Of a DNA stretch of 64,000 nt, positions 46,348-55,546 are shown piece by piece. The translations under genes and the position numbers were made by a program. This DNA is from Armatimonadota bacterium. GTDB taxonomy: Bacteria > Sysuimicrobiota > Sysuimicrobiia > Sysuimicrobiales > Humicultoraceae. The stretch's first letter is position 1. The number at the start of each line of letters is the position of its first letter. The notes beneath the pieces were generated by a model, which did not search any database, was not told the origin of the DNA, and worked only from the letters and a program-made list of their open reading frames with translations. Location: the NCBI GenBank assembly GCA_052387355.1, contig JBQTJG010000332.1, positions 1,302-65,301 of the forward strand, read 5' to 3'.

Positions 46348-48621
46348 TTGACCAAGCCCGACAAGAGCGTCGCCGTCCTCGGCGCGCGCACCCCCATGCT
46401 GGAAGGGGGCGAGCGCGTGCGCGGTCAGGCCCGCTATGCGGGTGACATCACGGTGCCGGGCATGCTGCACGCCCGGCCCGTCCTCAGTCCCCACGCGCAC
46501 GCTACGATCCTCGCGGTCAACACGACCGCGGCGCTCGCCGTCCCGGGGGTCGTGGCGGTGTTGACCGCCGCCGACCTCGCCGTCAGGTTCGCCGGGATCA
46601 CCCGCGCCCACATGCTGCTCGCCCAACAGCGCGTGATCTTCTGCGGTCAACCGGTGGCCGTGGTCGTCGCAAAGACCGAGGCGGCCGCCGAGGACGGCGC
46701 GGTCGCGGTGACCGTCGACTATGAGGTCCTCCCGGCGTCGATTGACGTCGAGGCGGCCAGCGCGCCGGGCAGCCCGCTGGTCTGGCCCGACGGCGTTCCG
46801 AAGCTGCTCAATCCAGACGATGCCGCGCACGGGACGGTGACCGCCGAGGTCCACCGCGAAGAGGGCCGCGCGACGAACGTCAGCGGCGACGTCGAGGTGA
46901 CCCGCGGCGACGTCGCGCAGGGGTTCCAGCAGGCGGACCTGGTGTTGGAAAACACGTATCGCACGCAGATCGTCCACCAGGGCTACCTGGAACCCCACGC
47001 CTCGATCGCCCAGCCGGATCCCGTCACCGGCGAGATGACCGTCTACAGCGCCACGCAGGCGCAGTTCATGGTACGCGACAAGGTCGCACAGATCCTGAAC
47101 CTGCCGGTCAGCAAGGTGCGGGTGGTGACGCCGGCCGTCGGCGGGGCGTTCGGCGGCAAATTTGGCATCATCGACCCGTTGGTGGCCGCCGTCGCGTGGA
47201 CGCTGAAGCGCCCGGTTCGCCTGGTCCTGACGCGCACGGAGGACTTTCTGCTGACCACCCCGGCGCCACACATGGTGATCCGGATCAAGACCGGGATGAC
47301 CAACGCCGGCGTGCTGACGGCGATCGAGGCCGACATCCTGCTCGATAGCGGCACCCATCCGACGGCCCTCGCCGGACTGGCGGCGCAGTTGTTCGCAACC
47401 TGCTACAAGGTTCCACACCTGCGCGTACGCGCCACTGGGGTGGTCACCCACAAACCGGCGGTGGGATCGTATCGCGGGCCGGGGGGACCGCAGGCCACCT
47501 TTGCCCTCGAGTCACAGATCGACGAGATGGCGCGCCGGTTGGGGCGCGACCCGCTGGAGGTACGTCTCACGAACACGGTTGAAGAGGGTGACCTGATGAC
47601 CGACGGCGGGCGCTATCCGGCGATCGGTCTCAAGACGTGTTTAGAGCGCCTGGCGGAACACCCCATGTGGAAGCAGCGCGAACGCACGCCGGGCATCGGC
47701 TACGGCATCGGGGTCGGCGGCTGGCTCGGGACGATCATGCCGGCCTGCGCGACGTGCGCGATGGACGGAGACGGCACGCTCACCGTCAGGGTTGGATCCA
47801 CAGACATGACGGGGGCACACACGACGATGGCGCTCATCGCGGCGGAGGCCTTCAACGTGCCTCCCGGAAAGGTGCGTGTCGTTGCCACCGACACCGGCGC
47901 AGGCACGTTCGCAGGCCCCAGCGCCGGCAGCATGGTGACGCGCACAGTGGGCGCGGCCGTTTTGGCCGCCGCCCAGGCCGCGCGCAAACAACTCGTCGAG
48001 ACTGCCGCCTCGATGCTGGAAGCGAACCGGGACGATCTCGTGCTCGAGGACGGCCACGTCACGGTGCGCGGTGCGCCCGGCAGACGGCTGTCCTATCAAG
48101 AGATCAGCACCCGTACGAGGAGCTACAACTCACCGCATCCACCGATCGCCGCTGAAGGCACCGTGGCGCTGCGAGACATCGCGCCGTGCTTTGTTGTCGA
48201 GCTCGCACGCGTACACGTTGATCCCGACACCGGCCGGGTCCGGGTGCTGGACTGGGTCGTCGTGCAGGACGTGGGACGGGCGCTCAACCCCCTGCTGATC
48301 GAAGGGCAAATCCATGGCGGGGTCACCCAGAGCCAGGGGTTTGCTCTAGGCGAGGAACTCGTGTACGACGAACAGGGGCAGTTGCTTTCGGGGACCTTTG
48401 CAGACTACGCTCTGTCCAAAGCCGAAGACGTCCCTCCCATCGCCGTCGAACTCGCAGAAGTTCCCGCCCAGGGCAGTCCCTTTGGCGCTCGGGGCGTGGG
48501 CGAGCCCTCGATCATCCCCGGCGTCGCCGCCATCGCCAACGCGGTGCGGGATGCGTGCGGTGCGCGTGTGACCTCGTTGCCCATCACACCGCAGGCGATT
48601 TGGAAGATCCTGGCCGGCTAG
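46348..48621 (+). CDS. Xanthine dehydrogenase / aldehyde oxidase family molybdopterin-binding large subunit (second copy)
   Basis: Motifs are GERVRGQARYAGDITVPGMLHARPVLSPHAHA, SYRGPGGPQ and GARGVGEPSIIPGVAAIANAV. A TTG start lies 4 nt after the SBP gene stop; ATG 46396 is the alternative. Confidence 0.8.
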   Translation: MTKPDKSVAVLGARTPMLEGGERVRGQARYAGDITVPGMLHARPVLSPHAHATILAVNTTAALAVPGVVAVLTAADLAVRFAGITRAHMLLAQQRVIFCGQPVAVVVAKTEAAAEDGAVAVTVDYEVLPASIDVEAASAPGSPLVWPDGVPKLLNPDDAAHGTVTAEVHREEGRATNVSGDVEVTRGDVAQGFQQADLVLENTYRTQIVHQGYLEPHASIAQPDPVTGEMTVYSATQAQFMVRDKVAQILNLPVSKVRVVTPAVGGAFGGKFGIIDPLVAAVAWTLKRPVRLVLTRTEDFLLTTPAPHMVIRIKTGMTNAGVLTAIEADILLDSGTHPTALAGLAAQLFATCYKVPHLRVRATGVVTHKPAVGSYRGPGGPQATFALESQIDEMARRLGRDPLEVRLTNTVEEGDLMTDGGRYPAIGLKTCLERLAEHPMWKQRERTPGIGYGIGVGGWLGTIMPACATCAMDGDGTLTVRVGSTDMTGAHTTMALIAAEAFNVPPGKVRVVATDTGAGTFAGPSAGSMVTRTVGAAVLAAAQAARKQLVETAASMLEANRDDLVLEDGHVTVRGAPGRRLSYQEISTRTRSYNSPHPPIAAEGTVALRDIAPCFVVELARVHVDPDTGRVRVLDWVVVQDVGRALNPLLIEGQIHGGVTQSQGFALGEELVYDEQGQLLSGTFADYALSKAEDVPPIAVELAEVPAQGSPFGARGVGEPSIIPGVAAIANAVRDACGARVTSLPITPQAIWKILAG

Positions 48622-49810
48622 CAGCCCCCGACATCTCGCGCCAGATGCGTCCAACCGCATCGGCAAGCATTCGCTCCTGGCCCGGCTTCAGAGTAACCGG
48701 GTTCACGACCAGCACTCCGCGGTGAATATGTGCCTCGCCCAAATGGATCGGCGTCTCGAGCCTGTGGAGTTGGCTCACCATCTCTCGGGCCTGCACGGAC
48801 CCGGCGGGGCAACGCAGGCGCAGCAAGGGCACGCCGCTGTCGGAGTCCGCCGCAGTGACGCGCTCGGGCGCCAGGCCGCTATCCTTCAACTCCGCCTGGA
48901 CGTGTTTCGTCATCGCATCCCACACGGCGAGGTCGCGCGTGTGATCGCGCCCGGCATACGCGCGCAGCGCGACCAACAGCCCGACGATTTCCTCTTTCCC
49001 CACCTTCAAGGCCCGGCCGATGCCCTGCTCCGGAGGACCGGCCACCGAGAGGTCGGTGGCGAGACCGGCCGGGGGCGCCCACGTCGCGGCGTCGACGTCC
49101 ATGTCCAGCATCTGCAGGGCCGCAGCCGTGATGAGGTCCCGCCGCCCGCAGAGGATGCCGCTGGTTTGCGGGCCCATGATGGCCTTGCCCCCACTGAACG
49201 CCACGAGGTCAGCGCCGGCGGCAATGAACCGCCGGAGATTGTCCGCCGGTGGAAGCTCGGCGGCCGCGTCCACGATCACCGGGACGCCCCTCTCGTGCGC
49301 GATCTGGATGGTCTCGTCAAGAGAAAGCGGGATCCCTTTGGAGCGCGCCACGATATAGAGGACTGCGGCCGTCCGCTCGCTCAACGCCGAGCGCAGCTCG
49401 TACGCCCGCGTCCCATAGGGCATGCCGATTTCGACCAGTCGCGCGCCGGTGGCGCGCACCGCATGATCGTAGCCGTCGCGATGCCCCTTCTGGATCACCA
49501 CCTCAGACCGCATGCCGGTCGTGTCGGGGAGTTGGTTCATCTTCTGGGGGTCGAGACCGGTGATACACGCGGCGGCGCCGAGCAGCAACCCGGCCGCCGC
49601 CCCGGAGGTGACGATACCCGCCTCCGCCCCGGTGACATCGGCGATGACGCGGCTCGCCGCGGCCTGCAGCGCATCCATGGGCACGTAGTTCTGGGCGGCC
49701 TCACGCATGGCCGCCAGCACCTCGTCGCTCATCAGGCTGCCGCCCAAGCGCGTCAGACACCCCGCGGCATTCACCACGGATGGAACGCCCAACTGTTCGA
49801 GGATCGTCAC
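48584..49810 (-). CDS. SelA-family PLP-dependent enzyme (DgaE / L-seryl-tRNA(Sec) selenium-transferase-like fold)
   Basis: Starts ILEQLGVPSVVNAAGCLTRLGGS and carries the PLP-lysine motif FSGGKAIMGPQTSGIL. GTG start is preceded by GAGGAGG. Confidence 0.65.
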   Translation of the reverse strand: MTILEQLGVPSVVNAAGCLTRLGGSLMSDEVLAAMREAAQNYVPMDALQAAASRVIADVTGAEAGIVTSGAAAGLLLGAAACITGLDPQKMNQLPDTTGMRSEVVIQKGHRDGYDHAVRATGARLVEIGMPYGTRAYELRSALSERTAAVLYIVARSKGIPLSLDETIQIAHERGVPVIVDAAAELPPADNLRRFIAAGADLVAFSGGKAIMGPQTSGILCGRRDLITAAALQMLDMDVDAATWAPPAGLATDLSVAGPPEQGIGRALKVGKEEIVGLLVALRAYAGRDHTRDLAVWDAMTKHVQAELKDSGLAPERVTAADSDSGVPLLRLRCPAGSVQAREMVSQLHRLETPIHLGEAHIHRGVLVVNPVTLKPGQERMLADAVGRIWREMSGAASRPGSSKSPAV

Positions 49811-49825
49811 GATCGCCTCCTCATC

Positions 49826-50638
49826 TCAGTGCATGTCCTCAGGGATGACGTCCCGGCGCGCGCGGAACTCGCGCACGAACTGAACGAAGTTCTCCACCGC
49901 ACGCTCGAAGATCAGCCTGCCCTTCTCACCCGTGGCTACTGTGGCATCACCCGCCACACCCGTCTTGGAGATCCCACTCCACCAGATCTCTCCCAGATGG
50001 ACGCCCGAGCCCGGGACGCCGATGTCCATCCAGATGCGTGGGGTCTGCTCGAAACCCATCTCCCGATCCATCCGATCTTTGCGGACGCGCCCGTCATCGA
50101 GATACAGCACCACCGAGGTCTCGAGCTCGCACGCGTGCGCCATCCCGCCGGGCGTCGGCGACTCCCGCAGATCATCCATCTGGCCGATCAGGGTCCCCCA
50201 AAAGAGCGAGGCGCACATGGAACCCGTGCGGTAATGGAGCTCGTTGGCCGCGACGGCCATGTAGGGTGGGTTGACGCCGTGTCCACTGACCACCACGATC
50301 CGCTTGAAGCCATGGCGCGCGACGCTGAGCAGCACGTTGAGGAGATATTGGATGACGTGGTCCCACTGGATCGTGATCGCGCCGGGAAAGTGCATGTGGT
50401 GGGCATCGAAGGCAAAGGGAATGACCGGCAACACCAGGACCTCGTCGGGAATCCGCCGTCCGACCTGATGGCAGAGGTGGCTGACGATGTAGTTGTCGGT
50501 ATTGAGCGGGAGGTGCCGGCCGTGCTGCTCCATCGCTCCGATGGGAACGATGACCACCCGGCCCTGACCGGCAACGGCCTTGAGCTCTTCCCACGTCAGA
50601 TTGCCCCAGAGGAACCGTTCGTGCCGTGCGAGATCCAC
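49826..50638 (-). CDS. Creatininase-family amidohydrolase (second copy)
   Basis: Motifs are VIVPIGAMEQHGRHLPLNTD and VVSGHGVN. GTG start is preceded by AGGAGG. Confidence 0.8.
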   Translation of the reverse strand: MDLARHERFLWGNLTWEELKAVAGQGRVVIVPIGAMEQHGRHLPLNTDNYIVSHLCHQVGRRIPDEVLVLPVIPFAFDAHHMHFPGAITIQWDHVIQYLLNVLLSVARHGFKRIVVVSGHGVNPPYMAVAANELHYRTGSMCASLFWGTLIGQMDDLRESPTPGGMAHACELETSVVLYLDDGRVRKDRMDREMGFEQTPRIWMDIGVPGSGVHLGEIWWSGISKTGVAGDATVATGEKGRLIFERAVENFVQFVREFRARRDVIPEDMH

Positions 50639-50653
50639 CGGCGCCTCCTGCTT

Positions 50654-50854
50654 CTAACCTTTCTGGGCGGATGAACCATACCGCGGCATCCAATACTCGC
50701 GGTACCATTGTTCGCACTCCGCGCCGCAGAAATCCAGCGGCCGGCCGTCAATCTCCGCGCGCCAGATCCGCCGGGGGATCAACCGTCCGCAGAGGACACA
50801 GTTGGTGACCGTCGTCTCGTACCACGCCCGCTGGATTTCGATCCACTCACCCAT
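50654..50854 (-). CDS. TRASH/zinc-ribbon-type mini-protein (66 aa)
   Basis: C19-x2-C22-x20-C43-x3-C47 (NCVLCGRL...DGRPLDFCGAECEQWY) fits the TRASH pattern CxxC-x19-22-CxxxC. GGGGAG SD is present. The ORF overlaps the HyuB 3' end by 76 nt. Confidence 0.6.
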   Translation of the reverse strand: MGEWIEIQRAWYETTVTNCVLCGRLIPRRIWRAEIDGRPLDFCGAECEQWYREYWMPRYGSSAQKG

Positions 50855-52647
50855 GGATGTCTCCCCTGCGCCCGCAAACGGCGATCCCGCAGCCGCTGCG
50901 TGGCCTTCGGGTCGAGTGCCAGGTCTCCATCGGCGCCGTTCAGCACGACGCCGTAGACGGCCCGGGCCGCCGCCGCGGACACGAAACCCTCGCGCACGTC
51001 CTCCAGCACGTGTTGAGGGTCCCGTTCGAGCGGACCTCCGTATCCTCCACCACCCGGCGTCTGGTACCTGATCACATCGCCGCGCTTGAGCACGACGTTG
51101 GTGAACTTGGTTGGTGACAGGGTCCCGTGGACCTCAGAGAACGGCCGAAATCGATCCGCGCCAGCGGGCCGAACCAGCAGCTTCGTCCGGCCGCCTTCCA
51201 TGCCGCCGAAGAGTCCCCAGGGGGCCAGCCGCGCGCGGTCAAAGAGCGCGCTCACTGTGATCTCGGGGGCCGTCACTTCCAGGGTGCGCACGATTCCCAA
51301 CCCACCCCTCTGCCGTCCTGGACCGCCCGAGTCCTGGACAAGTCCATAGTCCCACGTCAGGAACGGATAGCGGGTCTCAAACACCTCGACGGGCGTATTC
51401 CGGCAGTTGCTGTGACGGGTGATTTCGCCGCTGTTGCCGTCCTTCCTCGCCGTCGCGCCCGTCCCCATGCCGTCGAAGTGGTAGTTGCTGTAGTACTGAC
51501 CCGTGGCTGGATGGATCCCGCCGAACAGCAGATTGCTGCTCGATCCGCCGCTGGCCGCCGCCACCCGATCGGGTACCGCCTGCGCGAGCGCCGCCAGGAG
51601 CAGGTCGATGATCTTTGGCTGCGTGTCGGTGTTGCCTCCGACGCACGGCCCAGGGTGCTGCACGTTGACCACCGAGCCGGGTGGGGCAATGATCCGGATG
51701 GGTCGATAGCAGCCTGAGTTGCGGGGTATCAGGCTGCGGGGATCCACGACTGAGAAGACGGCATTGTACACGGCGGCGGCGACGACGGTGAACGTGCAGT
51801 TCATCGGGCCGCGGACCTGGGGGCTGCTACCGGTGAAATCGAACAGAATTTCATCCCCGCGCACGACGACCGTCACGCGAATCTTGAACGCCTCACGTGT
51901 CACCCCGTCGTCTTCCACCCACATTTCCGCGCCGTACTCGCCGTCGGGCAACTCGTCGATGTGCGCCCGCATCAGCCGCTCCGAGTGATCGAGCAGCGCC
52001 TGGCTGCCGTCGCGGATAAATGCCGCGCCGTACTTGTGCGCCAGACCGGCCATACGCCGCTCCCCCACGTTGAGGGACCCGATCATGGCGTGGAAGTCTC
52101 CCCACGTGTTGCGGGGCGTCCGGTGATTCGTGAGGATGATGCGCCAGATGTCTTCGACGTGCTCGCCGCGGCTGATGATCTTGACGGGAGGAAGGCGCAG
52201 GCCCTCCTGATAGACATCCGTGGCATCTGAGGCGAAGCTCCCCGGCGCTTTGCCACCGATCTCGGCGCAGTGTCCCATGTTCCCGAGAAAACCAAAAAGT
52301 GCGGCGTCGAGAAACACGGGCTTGATCATCATGTGTTCGGGGAGGTGACAGCCGCCCCGGTAACAGTCATTGTGGACGAGCACGTCCCCCGGCGCAAACG
52401 CCTTGACCCCCAACTCTTCGACCGTCCATTTCACCGTGTGCGGGATCGCGCCCATCATCGACGGTGTGTAGTTTTTCTCGGCGATCAGCTCGCCGTTCGC
52501 GTCAAGAATAACCGTCGAGAAGTCCAACCCTTCGTTGAAGATCGTCGAATACGACGTCTTCATCATCACGAGCGCCATTTCGGCGGCGACGTTGATTAGC
52601 GCATTGTGCAAAAGGTGCAGCGAGACGAGATCAGGCGCCGCCGGCAT
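50779..52647 (-). CDS. hyuB: Hydantoinase B / oxoprolinase family protein (ATP-dependent N-methylhydantoinase B / acetone-carboxylase-alpha-like)
   Basis: Starts LHLLHNALINVAAEMALVMMKTSYSTIFNEGLDFS, with a later GGGGYG motif. The last ~40 aa are an Arg/Ser-rich tail that overlaps the next gene. Confidence 0.8.
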   Translation of the reverse strand: MPAAPDLVSLHLLHNALINVAAEMALVMMKTSYSTIFNEGLDFSTVILDANGELIAEKNYTPSMMGAIPHTVKWTVEELGVKAFAPGDVLVHNDCYRGGCHLPEHMMIKPVFLDAALFGFLGNMGHCAEIGGKAPGSFASDATDVYQEGLRLPPVKIISRGEHVEDIWRIILTNHRTPRNTWGDFHAMIGSLNVGERRMAGLAHKYGAAFIRDGSQALLDHSERLMRAHIDELPDGEYGAEMWVEDDGVTREAFKIRVTVVVRGDEILFDFTGSSPQVRGPMNCTFTVVAAAVYNAVFSVVDPRSLIPRNSGCYRPIRIIAPPGSVVNVQHPGPCVGGNTDTQPKIIDLLLAALAQAVPDRVAAASGGSSSNLLFGGIHPATGQYYSNYHFDGMGTGATARKDGNSGEITRHSNCRNTPVEVFETRYPFLTWDYGLVQDSGGPGRQRGGLGIVRTLEVTAPEITVSALFDRARLAPWGLFGGMEGGRTKLLVRPAGADRFRPFSEVHGTLSPTKFTNVVLKRGDVIRYQTPGGGGYGGPLERDPQHVLEDVREGFVSAAAARAVYGVVLNGADGDLALDPKATQRLRDRRLRAQGRHPWVSGSKSSGRGTRRRSPTVSSADG

Positions 52648-54685
52648 GGTTCTGGCCTCCCAGGGTGATCATGATCAGACCACCGGGCAGCACCCGCGCA
52701 TGGTCGCCGGGTGGGACAAGGATGGTCGAGTCCTCTTCCTCAAGCAGCGCAGGCCCAAGGATCTCCTCGCCCGGAGCGAGCCAGTGCCTGCGAAACACCT
52801 GACAGTCGATCCATCCCACTGCGCGGAAGAAGAGTTGGCGGCCTACCAAGGGTTCGTTCGGTGCACTCGCGTGATCCCACTGCGGCTCAACAGGATCCGG
52901 GTAGCCGAGGGCTGTGACACGGAAGTTGATGAGCTCGACGGCCTCACCAGAAAGGTGGAACCCATAGTGCGTGTCGTGGAGTTGGGCGAATTGATTACAC
53001 AGGGCGTCAATTGATGCCGCGGTGATGTCTCCCTCTGGAAGCGGCACTTCGCGCTCGTAGTTCTGTCCCGCGTACCGCATGTCCACGGCGCGGTAGATGA
53101 CGGGGCGTCCCTGAAATCCCTGGGCGCGAAGCTCCTCCAAGGCGGATGCCGTCATCTCGTCGATGATCGATGTCACGCGCTCCGGGACGATCGATCCGGA
53201 GCGCATGAGGCTAGTGCGCACCTTGTCCACCCGCCAATCCGCGATCAGCGCGCCAAACGCGGAACAGAGCCCCGGGTGGGGGGGCACGAGCACCCGCGGC
53301 ATCCCCAGCAGACGTGCCACCGCGCAGGCGTGAAGCGGTCCCGCCCCACCAAACGCGACCAGGGCAAAATCGCGGACATCGTATCCCATCTCGACCGCCA
53401 GCAGGCGGATCTCGCTGGCCATGTTCTCGTTTGCGATCTCGACGACGGCGGCGGCACACTCCACGGGCGGCATGCCGACCCGCGCGGCCAGCGCGGCCAC
53501 CGCCTCTTCGGCGCGGCTCGGGTGCAGCCGCATGCGCCCACCGAGGAAGTAGTCGGGGTCGAGCCGTCCCAGCACCAGGTTCGAATCCGTCAGCGTGACC
53601 TCTGTGCCACCGGTGTCGTAGGCGACCGGGCCCGGCGCGGCCCCGGCACTCTGAGGGCCCGCATGAAGAAACCCGCCGCGGTCGACCCACACGATCGAGC
53701 CTCCTCCGGCGCCGATCGTCTTCACTTTGACACACGGTAGCGTGATGGGGATGCCCCACTCCACCTCGAATTCCGAGGCGTCCTCGTGCCGGCCTTCGCG
53801 GATGATGCCAATGTCACAACTCGTGCCACCCATGTCCAGGGTGAAAACGTTGGGTTCTCCTGCCGCCAGGGCAAAGAACTTGCCCCCGATGACCCCCCCG
53901 GCCAGACCGGAGAGCAGCAACTGCACGGCCCGGGTCTCTGCCCGCTGCGCTGGGATCGACCCGCCGTTCGACGTCATCAGGTTGACGGCGGGGGTGCGCT
54001 GCGAGAAGACCTCCAACACGTCGTGAACATAGGTCTGCACCGCCGGCCTGACGTAGGCATCGGCAATCGTCGTGCTGCCACGTTCGAACTCTCGCCACAT
54101 CGGGCACACGGCGCTGGAACGGGACACGGGCAGGTCCGGAAGCAGGGCGGCCAGGCGCCGCTCGAGCTCCGCTTCATGCTCCGGATTCAGATACGAGAAG
54201 AGGAAGCTGATGGCGACGGCCTGGCACTCACCGCTCCTGACGCGCCTGCCGACCTCGTCGACGACCCCGGTGAGCTGGCGCGGGTCCAAAGGTCTGATCG
54301 GCCGCCCGGCGGCGTCGACGCGCTCGCGGACGCCCAGACAGTCTCGCCGGTGGATGAGCGGTTCCGGCTTCACCCAGTTGAGGTTGTAGAGTTCCTGCTT
54401 GTTGATGCGTTGGATGAATGGGACGTGCTCGAACCCTTCGGTCGTCAAGAAGCAGACGCGGGCGCCCTTGCGCTCGATGACGGCGTTGGTGGCCACCGTC
54501 GTCCCGAGGATCGCGACGTCGAGCCGCCTTCCAATGTCCCCGAGATCGGTGAGGACGGCGCGGAGGGCTTCGCTGGGCGCCCCGGGCGTCGATGGGCGTT
54601 TCGCGTGATGAAATCTTCCGTGTTCGTCTACGGCAACGAGATCTGTGAACGTGCCCCCGACATCGATGCCGACCCTCCGCATCAT
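52631..54685 (-). CDS. hyuA: Hydantoinase A / oxoprolinase family protein (ATP-binding subunit)
   Basis: Starts MMRRVGIDVGGTFTDLV, with later DMGGTSCDI and GGAGPLHA motifs. It overlaps the hyuB start by 17 nt. Confidence 0.85.
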   Translation of the reverse strand: MMRRVGIDVGGTFTDLVAVDEHGRFHHAKRPSTPGAPSEALRAVLTDLGDIGRRLDVAILGTTVATNAVIERKGARVCFLTTEGFEHVPFIQRINKQELYNLNWVKPEPLIHRRDCLGVRERVDAAGRPIRPLDPRQLTGVVDEVGRRVRSGECQAVAISFLFSYLNPEHEAELERRLAALLPDLPVSRSSAVCPMWREFERGSTTIADAYVRPAVQTYVHDVLEVFSQRTPAVNLMTSNGGSIPAQRAETRAVQLLLSGLAGGVIGGKFFALAAGEPNVFTLDMGGTSCDIGIIREGRHEDASEFEVEWGIPITLPCVKVKTIGAGGGSIVWVDRGGFLHAGPQSAGAAPGPVAYDTGGTEVTLTDSNLVLGRLDPDYFLGGRMRLHPSRAEEAVAALAARVGMPPVECAAAVVEIANENMASEIRLLAVEMGYDVRDFALVAFGGAGPLHACAVARLLGMPRVLVPPHPGLCSAFGALIADWRVDKVRTSLMRSGSIVPERVTSIIDEMTASALEELRAQGFQGRPVIYRAVDMRYAGQNYEREVPLPEGDITAASIDALCNQFAQLHDTHYGFHLSGEAVELINFRVTALGYPDPVEPQWDHASAPNEPLVGRQLFFRAVGWIDCQVFRRHWLAPGEEILGPALLEEEDSTILVPPGDHARVLPGGLIMITLGGQNHAGGA

Positions 54686-54886
54686 GCGCAACACCGCCGA
54701 GTGCTGTTTTCTGGTTTGATCCGCACCTCCCTGTCCCTCACCTGACAAGTTGAACAACCACTTCGATCCCCTCGCTTGGGTATCCACCGGTGACGAGGCG
54801 CTGGGCACTCGTGGTCATGAACAGCAACATGTCGCCCACCGTAATCGTCGCACGCATTACGAGGGTGGCGTTTGCGGTAATCTTGC

Positions 54887-55546
54887 TCAAAACGAAGGAT
54901 ACTTGGACGCGTCGGGGCAGAGGTGGTAGACTCGATGGCTCACGAGCCGGTCGTCCGCGTCGAGGTGGAATTGATTCAGTTCCAGGTTGAGGATGTCGTC
55001 ACTGAGCGAGGCGTAGGGATCCAACCCGCGCAGCTCGCCGTGGAGCTGCTGCATGAAGTTCTGGTGGGATGAGACCAGGATGCGCCGCCCGCGATGGGCG
55101 CGCAGCGTCTTCTCTAGAAAGGCTCGGGCGCGCGCCCGCAGGACTTCAAAGGACTCACCGCCCGGCGGATTGAGCGAGTACCGCACATGCTGGATCGGCA
55201 GGTAGACGACAAACGGAAATCGCTCGCGGATCTCGTCCTGCGTCAACCCCTCCATCTGCCCGAAGCCGCGCTCGATCGCCAGGTCGTCGATGATCATACG
55301 TTCACGGCCCCATCCCGTGACGATGTTTGCCGTCTCGATCGCCCGCCGCAAACTGGAGGCGATAACCACATCCAGCGGGGCGCTATCGAAGTTTCCGCGC
55401 GCTTCCTCAGCCTGCTGACGTCCGACGTCGAGGAGCGGGACGTCCAGCCGGCCGCCCGTGCGCCTCGACCGGTTGAGTTCGGTCAGGCCGTGGCGGAGGG
55501 TGTGCAGCAACGTCTGCCCCGGCTGCAGTGCCGGCTGTTCGATCAT
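54887..55546 (-). CDS. Histidine phosphatase (phosphoglycerate-mutase-like) family protein
   Basis: RHG motif LRHGLTELN and a second His in VSSHQNF. The ATG directly abuts the upstream stop codon. Confidence 0.75.
   Translation of the reverse strand: MIEQPALQPGQTLLHTLRHGLTELNRSRRTGGRLDVPLLDVGRQQAEEARGNFDSAPLDVVIASSLRRAIETANIVTGWGRERMIIDDLAIERGFGQMEGLTQDEIRERFPFVVYLPIQHVRYSLNPPGGESFEVLRARARAFLEKTLRAHRGRRILVSSHQNFMQQLHGELRGLDPYASLSDDILNLELNQFHLDADDRLVSHRVYHLCPDASKYPSF

Noticed and set aside
53578-53588. GGTTCGAATCC, the classic tRNA T-arm/T-loop string.
   Set aside because: The flanking bases cannot form a T-stem (CCAGG versus CCGTC) or an acceptor stem. The site also lies inside the well-supported hyuA coding frame. 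No tRNA gene is supported anywhere in the window.
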